From positions 2,484 through 66,483 of the forward strand of contig JBHJHJ010000003.1 in the NCBI GenBank assembly GCA_050330955.1: 64,000 nt of DNA. Direction: 5' to 3'. The DNA comes from Elainellaceae cyanobacterium. GTDB taxonomy: Bacteria > Cyanobacteriota > Cyanobacteriia > CAKZMO01. The notes beneath the pieces were generated by a model that saw only the letters and a program-made list of their open reading frames with translations, did no database searches and was not told where the DNA came from. Shown here in pieces: positions 56,777 through 64,000 of the stretch (positions within the stretch are counted from its first letter, which is position 1; each line of letters begins with the position of its first letter). Both the position numbers and the translations under genes were made by a program.

Positions 56777-58213
56777 TCAGAAGCGATACGTCAGCGCTAG
56801 CGCCCAGTCGTCCTCGGACTGCGTCAAGCTGATCTGCTGAATGAATTCTCGAAAGTAGAACCGACGCTCTGTTTCTGAGAGATCAAGCCAGAACTGGGGA
56901 AGTGAAACCGTCTGCGTGATAGACAGTAAGCTAGCGGGGGGAAGCTGCCCGACTTTGGCCTGTAGGGCCGCGATCTCGGTCTGCAGCCGGTAAGCCCGGA
57001 GGGTGCTCGTCTGCTCATCTAGGATACCTTGGTCTTTGAGCGGACCGAGCTGCGCTAAGATATGCTGCTTCTCAGCAATCTGATGGGTTAAGTTCATCTT
57101 GATGGCCTCCACGGGGGGTGGGGCAGATTGGCCAACCGTGTGGGCCAACTCGCTACAAATCCGCGCGATGGTTCGCTCTAAGACCTCAGCATAGGGTAGG
57201 GACACGCAGCGATTCCCCTCGTTAGATTGGGGGCCATAGGGGCAGTGACTTGGTCGCAGATAGAGATAAGTTTTAATCCGCTGACGGCCTCGCTTGCAGG
57301 TGGTCTGGCCCACGGTCATCGGGGTCTGGCAACGACCGCAGACCACTAGCCCCGCCAGCGATCGCGGCGCGGTGCTAGTCCGGGGCCTGAACTGCCGATT
57401 ACGACGCATAACCCGGTCAATTTGCGCGGCTTCGTCCCTCGAAAGGATGGGGGCATGGGTATTGGGAATAACATCGCCATTGTGATAGGCCAAATCACCG
57501 CGATAAACGGGGCTAGAGAGCCAGCGATTGCCGGTCGACACTGAAATTGTTTTGCGGTGTACTTCAGCGAGGTGACGTACCGCTCCCCGCAAGGAGCCGT
57601 ACAGTAAGAAGTGGTCAAAAAAGGCCCTGACGACTGTAGCAGCGCTGCGATCGAGGCTGTAGCGGTCGGGGCCGCGCCTGTAGCCATAAGGGGCTTTTCC
57701 CGGAGGGGGCTGTCCCTGGATGCGGGTTTTGGCGTGTCCCTGCTGAATGCGCTGCCGCCGCTGCTGCTGCTCTATCGCTTGGGCAAGCTGCAGCCCTGAG
57801 GAGAGTGCCTCAGCATCTACTGGACTGCCTAAAGCGGGAGTATCTAGAGCGGGAGGATTTAGAGCGGAAGGATTTAGAGCGGGAGGATTTAGAGCGGAAC
57901 TGTCCAGAGCGGAACTGTCCAGAGCGGAATCTACAACGGCTTCTGCGGCAACCCGGACTGGAATATTAAGCTGAGAGAATTCTGCTAGGCGATCGCTCAC
58001 CGCCTGTAGAGATTCACCCAAATCAGCAAGCTGGTAGACCAGGACAACGTCTACCGCTTGGGGATTTTGGCGACAGTCTTGGACCATTTGCTGGAGCTGA
58101 TGGCGGTCCTGAATGTCCTGATAGACCCGGTCAGCCGACTGCCGCCACTGGTTGAGCGGATCAGTACTCGACTCAACGGCGGCATAGGGGCGGTAGTGGT
58201 AGGCAAAGATCAT
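56777..58213 (-). CDS. Large serine-recombinase family homolog with apparently degenerate catalytic N-domain and a pentapeptide-repeat insertion
   Basis: Recombinase domain plus zinc beta-ribbon (GLVVCGRCQTPMTV..CKRGRQ..YLYLRPSHCPYGP) and a C-terminal coiled coil. The N-terminal YAAVESSTD / LADLGE sits where resolvases have YARVSTxxQ / LDRLGR. Confidence 0.6.
   Translation of the reverse strand: MIFAYHYRPYAAVESSTDPLNQWRQSADRVYQDIQDRHQLQQMVQDCRQNPQAVDVVLVYQLADLGESLQAVSDRLAEFSQLNIPVRVAAEAVVDSALDSSALDSSALNPPALNPSALNPPALDTPALGSPVDAEALSSGLQLAQAIEQQQRRQRIQQGHAKTRIQGQPPPGKAPYGYRRGPDRYSLDRSAATVVRAFFDHFLLYGSLRGAVRHLAEVHRKTISVSTGNRWLSSPVYRGDLAYHNGDVIPNTHAPILSRDEAAQIDRVMRRNRQFRPRTSTAPRSLAGLVVCGRCQTPMTVGQTTCKRGRQRIKTYLYLRPSHCPYGPQSNEGNRCVSLPYAEVLERTIARICSELAHTVGQSAPPPVEAIKMNLTHQIAEKQHILAQLGPLKDQGILDEQTSTLRAYRLQTEIAALQAKVGQLPPASLLSITQTVSLPQFWLDLSETERRFYFREFIQQISLTQSEDDWALALTYRF
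57832..57935. repeat. About 7 copies of a 15-bp tandem repeat (AGCGGRA-N8) inside the recombinase-like CDS
   Basis: agcgggaggatttag / agcggaaggatttag / agcggaactgtccag ..., encoding (S)ALDSS / ALNPP / ALNPS pentapeptide repeats in frame. Confidence 0.65.
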
Positions 58214-58225
58214 TACCGCTGGCCC

Positions 58226-59032
58226 TTAGTTCACTAGCTTGCCCTTCAAGATCGTCACCGCTTGTCCCCGCAGCCCGACGCGATCGCCCCGGCAGTAGAC
58301 CTGGATCTCTCCGCCGCGGGGGGACGCTTGGTAAGCCGACAGGACGTCTTTCCCAAGACGGTCCTGCCAAAACGGTCCCAAGGCGCAGTGGGCCGACCCG
58401 GTGACGGGATCTTCATCAATGCCCGACCCCGGTGCAAAGAAGCGGGAGATAAAGTCGTAGCCGGCATCAGCACTAGGTTCCAAGCTTGACTCGGTAAGGC
58501 TGGTGACGATTACGCCGCGTACAGGCAGCGATCGCAGTTTGACAAAGTCAGGCTGGAGCTGACGCACCGCCGCCTCAGACGGGAGTTCTATCAGGTAATC
58601 AAACCGGCTTTTTCCCGCAAAAATAATCTCTGCTCCCAAGGCTTCCGCTAGCCCCTCGGGAGCAGCGGTCTCAAATATCGGCGTGGCAGGGAAATCCAGT
58701 TCGATCCACCCGTCCACTTGACGAGCGGTGAGCAAGCCACTGCGAGTTTCAAACTGGGCAACTTCAGCAGGGGGCAGGTGTCCTTCGGTCCACAGCACGT
58801 GGGCACCGGCCAGAGTCGCGTGGCCGCAGAGGTCCACTTCAGTTTGGGGGGTAAACCATCGCAGGCTGAAGCGATCGCCCTGGCGGATTAGGAACGCCGT
58901 TTCAGACAAGTTCATCTCCTGGGCCACCTGCTGCATCCAGGCTTCAGGGCGTGGTGAGGTCAAAATACATACCGCAGCCGGGTTGCCAGCAAACGGACGG
59001 GCGGTGAAGGCATCAACCTGGCTGATTTGCAT
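58226..59032 (-). CDS. PhzF-family isomerase (DAP-epimerase fold)
   Basis: MQISQVDAFTARPFAGNPAAVCIL; GGAG SD upstream of the ATG at 59032. Confidence 0.8.
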   Translation of the reverse strand: MQISQVDAFTARPFAGNPAAVCILTSPRPEAWMQQVAQEMNLSETAFLIRQGDRFSLRWFTPQTEVDLCGHATLAGAHVLWTEGHLPPAEVAQFETRSGLLTARQVDGWIELDFPATPIFETAAPEGLAEALGAEIIFAGKSRFDYLIELPSEAAVRQLQPDFVKLRSLPVRGVIVTSLTESSLEPSADAGYDFISRFFAPGSGIDEDPVTGSAHCALGPFWQDRLGKDVLSAYQASPRGGEIQVYCRGDRVGLRGQAVTILKGKLVN

Positions 59033-59092
59033 AGCAAAGGACTCCATGGGTGGGGGTGAGAGATACCGCGATAGCAACAGGAGTAGCCCCCC

Positions 59093-59875
59093 TTACTCTA
59101 AACCAGGCAGGGTGGATTGGAGCGGGGGTGGAGCCAGTGGCGGTAGGGACTCCAGCGGTGGACCAGAGGCGAGCTTGTGGGCATGACGGGTAGTTTCAGG
59201 GAGGCGATAGCGGGTGGTGCAGCCCATCACGTAATCTACGGCGCTCTTTAAACTAATGCGATGCCCCGGTGAGATGTAAAGGGGCTTCGTCCCATGCCGC
59301 GTTCTTAGCACCGCGCCAATGACTTCGTCCCGGTGCCGTAGAGGAACCCATTCCCCTTTTGGTTCTGGCACCTCTTCGTGGGATCCTATCAGCCGCGACT
59401 TGGCTACGCCGATGGCCGGAATGTCGGTCAATAGCCCCAAATGACAGCCAATGCCAAATCGGCGGGGGTGGGCCAGCCCTTGCCCGTCGCACAGCAGTAA
59501 ATTGGGCAGCACGGCGAGCTGATTGAGGGCTTCTAGCACCGCAGGAATTTCGCGGAAGGACAGCAGCCCTGGAATGTAGGGAAACGTCGTCGGACGGCGG
59601 GCGATCGCCCGGTCTACGACCGTTAGGCTAGGGAAGGCCAGCACAGCAACCGCTGCCCGCGTCACGCTGCCCCCTGACTCAAAGCCCACATCAACGCCAG
59701 CCACGTGGGTCACCTCGTCAAGCTGATCCTCTAGAATGACTTGGCCCTGAAGCTGGTGCTGTAGGGCGATCGCCGCTTCCCGGGTTTCGGGCCATGGACC
59801 GAGGTCAAAGTGGTGCGTCACTGCCGGTGAATTCCCTACACGACAAAAGGCAGACCGAAATGGCCTGCCTCTCAT
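59093..59875 (-). CDS. nfi: Endonuclease V (deoxyinosine 3' endonuclease)
   Basis: [15 protein letters not shown]; [10 protein letters not shown]; [25 protein letters not shown]. The N-terminal start is uncertain. Confidence 0.85.
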   Translation of the reverse strand: MRGRPFRSAFCRVGNSPAVTHHFDLGPWPETREAAIALQHQLQGQVILEDQLDEVTHVAGVDVGFESGGSVTRAAVAVLAFPSLTVVDRAIARRPTTFPYIPGLLSFREIPAVLEALNQLAVLPNLLLCDGQGLAHPRRFGIGCHLGLLTDIPAIGVAKSRLIGSHEEVPEPKGEWVPLRHRDEVIGAVLRTRHGTKPLYISPGHRISLKSAVDYVMGCTTRYRLPETTRHAHKLASGPPLESLPPLAPPPLQSTLPGLE

Positions 59876-59933
59876 CCTATCGTGCTTGCTGAAGAGCGAT
59901 CACCGGCAAGAGACGGCGATCGCTCAGAGCACT

Positions 59934-61316
59934 CTAGCGGCCAACGCCCACGTACGAGAATCCAGCAGCCTCAACCGCCTTGCGGTCTAGGAAGTTGCGG
60001 CCATCGATCATGATGGGTGAATTCATCACCTTGGCGAGGTCTTCGAAGTCGATGTCCTTGAACTGTTTCCAGTCGGTTACCAGCACCAGAGCGTCGCAGC
60101 TATCCGCCAACAGCCTGATATCTGTTTCAACGCTGACGTTGGATAGACCATGGCGCATCCCCGTTTGGGAAACCAGCGGGTCATAGGCCTTGACCTTTGC
60201 GCCGAGGCGAGTGAGCTGCTCCACCAGCGTTAGAGCCGGTGCGTCGCGCATGTCGTCGGTATCGGGCTTAAAGGTCAAACCTAGAAGACCAACGGTCTTA
60301 CCCTTCAAGATTTTGAGCACCTGCTGCAGCTTTTCAACCACAATTAGCCGCTGCCGCTTGTTTACGTCCACGGCGGCCTTCAGCAGTTGGGCGTCGTAGC
60401 CATAGTCGTCAGCGGTATGGATTAGGGCCGCTACATCTTTCGGGAAGCAGGAACCGCCCCAGCCCAGACCGGCCTGCAGGAACTTCTTACCGATGCGGGA
60501 ATCAAGGCCGATGCCCTGAGCCACTTGGGTCACGTCGGCGCCGACGCGATCGCAGATATTGGCGACTTCGTTGATAAAGCTGATCTTGGTCGCCAAGAAC
60601 GTGTTGGCGGCGTACTTGACCATCTCAGCCGAGCTGAGGTCAGTCGTGACCACAGGCACCGTGGGCATGGAGGAGTCTTCAGCAAACTGGCGGGACACGA
60701 TGGGCGCGTAGAGGTCTTTCATCATGGCAATGGCGCGATCGCTGTTGCCGCCTAGCACGATCCGATCGGGGTTAAACGTGTCGTAGATTGCAGACCCTTC
60801 CCGCAGAAACTCGGGGTTACTGACCACGTCAAAATCGACCTCGGGGAGAGCGGGCTCGCCGCCACCGCCGGCAGGAACCAGCTCCTTCTGACGTTCAGCG
60901 ACGCCGTCCATCACAATCATGCGGACCCAGTCGCCTGAACCGATAGGAACGGTCGACTTGTTAACAATGACCTTGTAGCCGCCGTTTAGGTGAGACCCGA
61001 TACCGCGGGCTACCGCCTCAACGTAGCGCGTGTCGCTCTCGCCCGTAGGTAGCGGTGGAGTTCCTACTGCAATAAATAAAATCTCACCGTGACCGACGCC
61101 AGCACCCAAGTCAGTGGTGAACTGAATACGCCCGCCCTCAATAGCCTCATGCATCAGCTCTGATAAACCAGGCTCAAAAATGGGCGATTGTCCAGACTGC
61201 ATCAGCCGAACTTTTTCTTCGTTGTTATCAACGCAAATGACGTCGTGGCCGATTCGAGCAAGGCAGACGCCCGTTACAAGACCAACGTATCCAGTACCAA
61301 TAACACAAACTCGCAT
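59934..61316 (-). CDS. ugd: UDP-glucose 6-dehydrogenase (nucleotide-sugar dehydrogenase family)
   Basis: MRVCVIGTGYVGLVTGVCLA..GHDVICVD; catalytic Cys region GWGGSCFPKD. Confidence 0.85.
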   Translation of the reverse strand: MRVCVIGTGYVGLVTGVCLARIGHDVICVDNNEEKVRLMQSGQSPIFEPGLSELMHEAIEGGRIQFTTDLGAGVGHGEILFIAVGTPPLPTGESDTRYVEAVARGIGSHLNGGYKVIVNKSTVPIGSGDWVRMIVMDGVAERQKELVPAGGGGEPALPEVDFDVVSNPEFLREGSAIYDTFNPDRIVLGGNSDRAIAMMKDLYAPIVSRQFAEDSSMPTVPVVTTDLSSAEMVKYAANTFLATKISFINEVANICDRVGADVTQVAQGIGLDSRIGKKFLQAGLGWGGSCFPKDVAALIHTADDYGYDAQLLKAAVDVNKRQRLIVVEKLQQVLKILKGKTVGLLGLTFKPDTDDMRDAPALTLVEQLTRLGAKVKAYDPLVSQTGMRHGLSNVSVETDIRLLADSCDALVLVTDWKQFKDIDFEDLAKVMNSPIMIDGRNFLDRKAVEAAGFSYVGVGR

Positions 61317-61458
61317 AGACTTACTCCTTATATATCCTAGAGGTAGAAAAAATGATACATGCGCACCGAATCAAACTTGATAATGAAGCCATAGCCCCAA
61401 GCAACTCTTCGTTATGCCCTCAAGGCCCTGGATTTTGGCATTATCCCAACGAAGACAG

Positions 61459-62412
61459 CTAAACCTTAACCTGTTCGCAATGGGTCGAATCAATGCGATC
61501 GCGGAAATCGTTGATGGTGTACTTCAATCCCTCAGCCAAAGGGACTGTAGGTGACCAGTTGAGGAACTTTCTCGCTTTGGTGATATCGGGCTGACGACGA
61601 CGAGGATCGTCTTGAGGCAGTGGCTTGTATTGAAGCTCTGCGTCGGGATTTATCATGCCCTGAATCGCCTGGGCGAGTTCTAGAATGGTGTACTCGTCTG
61701 GATTGCCCAAGTTGATTGGACCGATATGGTCGCCATTCATCAGCTTCATCAGACCTTCGACTAGATCTGATACATAGCAGAAGCTGCGGGTTTGAGAGCC
61801 GTCTCCATACACCGTTAAGGGCTGCCCCCTAAGGGCTTGAACCACGAAGTTGCTGACGACTCGGCCATCGTTTTCCAACATGCGCGGTCCATAAGTATTA
61901 AAGATGCGTGCAACCCGAACCTCAACGTCATTCTGACGGTGATAGTCAAATGCCAGGGTCTCAGCAACCCGCTTGCCTTCGTCATAACAGCTCCGTATAC
62001 CGATAGTATTGACGTTGCCCCGATATTCTTCAGGCTGCGGATGAACATCTGGGTCCCCGTAAACCTCAGACGTCGAAGCCAGGAGTAGCCGAGCTTTGAT
62101 GCGCTTGGCCAAGCCCAACATGTTGAGGGTGCCCATCACGTTGGTTTTGATGGTTTTTACAGGGTTGTACTGGTAGTGAACTGGAGACGCTGGGCAGGCC
62201 AGGTGATAGATCTGATCAACCTCTAAGCGAATGGGCTCAGTAATATCGTGGCGGATGAGCTCAAAGAAGGGACTGTCTAGCCATTTGAGAACGTTGGTTT
62301 TGCGGCCAGTGTAAAAGTTGTCAAGGCAAATCACCTCTTCTCCAGCTTCCATAAGCCGGTCAATGAGATGAGAGCCGATGAAACCGGCGCCTCCAGTCAC
62401 AAGGATTCTCAT
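61459..62412 (-). CDS. UDP-glucuronate decarboxylase (UDP-xylose synthase), SDR family
   Basis: [16 protein letters not shown]..; DNFYTGRK.N; YHLACPASP; STSEVYGDP. Adjacent to ugd. Confidence 0.85.
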   Translation of the reverse strand: MRILVTGGAGFIGSHLIDRLMEAGEEVICLDNFYTGRKTNVLKWLDSPFFELIRHDITEPIRLEVDQIYHLACPASPVHYQYNPVKTIKTNVMGTLNMLGLAKRIKARLLLASTSEVYGDPDVHPQPEEYRGNVNTIGIRSCYDEGKRVAETLAFDYHRQNDVEVRVARIFNTYGPRMLENDGRVVSNFVVQALRGQPLTVYGDGSQTRSFCYVSDLVEGLMKLMNGDHIGPINLGNPDEYTILELAQAIQGMINPDAELQYKPLPQDDPRRRQPDITKARKFLNWSPTVPLAEGLKYTINDFRDRIDSTHCEQVKV

Positions 62413-62993
62413 ATTCTTCTCAATTTCCTATAAATAAATTTGTATATTGCAAGCCCGCACCTGCTAAGGAGTCCAACATAACAACTAACGCAGATTTCGC
62501 AAAAAGCAGGCGTGCGTGAGACGAGGACGCGATAGTAGGACCTACTCCCGCAGCTATGACTCAGACTAGAATCTGTAAGCCTGAGCTTGGGCGGCTTAGC
62601 ACGAGTAAACAGCTCAGAAACACCACACAGTTAAAGATACATCCACAACAATGCATGTTAAGTGAGCCGTTTGAAGCAGCGAGAGCCCACAACGATGACT
62701 TTGCAAGATCTTTGAACTTCTGCTGCCCTTGCCTAAGATTCGAAGAAGATTTTATTGTCGACCACCTTACATCAGACATTGGCGCTGGCGGTGGCCGATG
62801 GTAGATCTCAAGCCGAAGATAGACATTGCTGAGTATTGCCGAGGGCGCGATCGCATAAGGGGCTAGGTACTGGTAAAATTAAGTTAGTTGAAGAGACTAC
62901 CCTTCTAAACAATGGAAGGTTTACATGCACGGCGCTGGTGTGGCTCCATACACGCGACAGGTGGTGCATACGGAACTAGAGTACGGAGAAAAT

Positions 62994-63395
62994 ATGCAAT
63001 TTAGAACATCATTTCAAAGACTGGGAATCCTGGTGTCTGTTCTCTTGGTAGCGATCGCTACTATTCTTGTCCCGGCATCTCCGGCGGCAGCAGAGACCTA
63101 CGAAGTTAAGATGGGTGCTGACTCTGGCCAGCTCAGATTCGTTCCTAACGATCTGACCATTAGCCCTGGCGATACGGTCAACTTTGTGATGAACAAGCTT
63201 GCACCTCACAACGTTGTCTTTGACAAGACGCCTGGCGGCATCAGTGCAGATTCGCTCTCTGCAAAGAACCTCATGTTCGCTCCGGGTGAAACGGCCACGG
63301 TTTCCTTCCCTGGCGATGCTCCCACAGGTGAGTACTCATTTTATTGCACCCCTCACCGTGGTGCTGGTATGAACGGTAAGATCACCGTCCAGTAG
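62994..63395 (+). CDS. petE: Plastocyanin
   Basis: Signal peptide, then type-I Cu ligands (..PHNVVFD..; YSFYCTPHRGAGMNGKITVQ). Confidence 0.9.
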   Translation: MQFRTSFQRLGILVSVLLVAIATILVPASPAAAETYEVKMGADSGQLRFVPNDLTISPGDTVNFVMNKLAPHNVVFDKTPGGISADSLSAKNLMFAPGETATVSFPGDAPTGEYSFYCTPHRGAGMNGKITVQ

Positions 63396-63543
63396 GGCAT
63401 TTTAGCCATCGCCAGAAGTCTTTGTGCGATGGCTCGCCGCTTCGCTCCAGGATTGTTCGGTTTAGCACCAAAAATGTCCTAAGCGAAGTGGCCAGCGATA
63501 TAGTATGACGACTCGCGTTGTCTAAGCGCTGGTCTTATCGAGG

Positions 63544-63584
63544 GCGGCAAGGCTCAAGCCTTGCCGCTCTTAATGCTTTTTATT
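63544..63584 (+). terminator. Rho-independent terminator after petE
   Basis: GCGGCAAGGC tcaa GCCTTGCCGC followed by TCTTAATGCTTTTTATT. Confidence 0.6.
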
Positions 63585-63620
63585 AGAGCATGGGATTTCG
63601 GCGAAAAAACCTCCACCGAG

Positions 63621-64000
63621 CTACTCCGTATCGGAGCTGCTGTTTAAATAAGTGTACCTATCCAGGGACTGGGCATAGTTTTTCAGCAGCTTGCGCGATT
63701 CCTTCAGCGTAATAGCACCCTCTTGAAGGGCCGTTTCGGCTCGTAGTCGAATTTTCTCTAGCATATCTTCCGCGTTGTATTGCACATAGGCCAAAACATC
63801 AGCAGTGGCGTCGCCTTTAACCAGGTGGGTGACGCTGTAGCCGCTGGGGGCTAGATTGACATGGACGGTGTTGGTGTCTCCAAACAAATTGTGTAGACTT
63901 CCCATAATCTCCTGATACGCGCCGCCCAAGAACAGGCTTAAGTAGTAGGGTTGGTACCTGAGAGGGGGGGAATTCCCATGATCCGGACTTTGGCAGTTGG
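63621..64000 (-). CDS. speA: Biosynthetic arginine decarboxylase, C-terminal part (gene continues beyond the window)
   Basis: ..YYLSLFLGGAYQEIMGSLHNLFGDTNTVHV.. is characteristic of the SpeA C-terminus. The reading frame stays open to position 64000, so the ORF-track start at 63929 is an in-window artefact. Confidence 0.7.
   Translation of the reverse strand, partial: NCQSPDHGNSPPLRYQPYYLSLFLGGAYQEIMGSLHNLFGDTNTVHVNLAPSGYSVTHLVKGDATADVLAYVQYNAEDMLEKIRLRAETALQEGAITLKESRKLLKNYAQSLDRYTYLNSSSDTE

Noticed and set aside
62556-62804. 82-aa and 72-aa overlapping ORFs in the uxs-petE intergenic region
   Set aside because: This is an AT-rich promoter region for petE, and the ORFs overlap each other on opposite strands. 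No support for either.
1-64000. tRNA / tmRNA / RNase P / SRP RNA genes
   Set aside because: Manual scan for T-loop (GTTCGAATC/GTTCAAATC-type) and other conserved cores in the intergenic regions found nothing convincing. This should be re-run with tRNAscan/Infernal.

Overview
This 64-kb window is a chromosomal segment of a cyanobacterium. The evidence is the very frequent HIP1 octamer GCGATCGC, an overall GC content of roughly 58%, and the genes psaI-psaL, petE and a long-form hpf. About 55 genes are packed on both strands. Housekeeping genes include hpf, purU, cobO, hisA, tmk-holB, nfi, gmd, ugd and a UDP-glucuronate decarboxylase, psaI/psaL, petE, and the 3' part of speA, which runs off the right edge. 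Accessory-looking loci are: (1) a stripped-down C-P lyase cluster phnI-phnJ-phnL-phnM with no phnG/H/K, transporter, regulator, phnN or phnP, followed by a 2H-family phosphoesterase and a PhnZ-like HD-domain protein; (2) a visibly AT-richer island holding a single 1805-aa extracellular-type protein (G8 domain, parallel beta-helix, two tandem ~110-aa repeat domains, CBM-like domain, C-terminal CAP/SCP domain) behind a 715-bp ORF-free leader; (3) a four-gene operon of membrane-anchored proteins (single-TM protein, 2-TM P-loop NTPase, small TM protein, TM + lytic-transglycosylase-like + M23 peptidase), followed by an orphan ParA, a 313-aa unknown and a MOSC protein; (4) a Tat-signal copper-radical oxidase (galactose/glyoxal-oxidase family) with an N-terminal six-fold repeat, lectin-like domain; (5) a large serine-recombinase homolog with substituted catalytic-domain arginines and an in-frame 15-bp tandem repeat. 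Other calls include a Rieske (PAO-like) oxygenase next to an alpha-oxoamine synthase, a Cu(I) P1B-ATPase, an FHA protein, an MFS transporter, an RR-PAS-adenylate cyclase, and several short tandem or palindromic repeat structures. I found no tRNA, rRNA or CRISPR array by eye.
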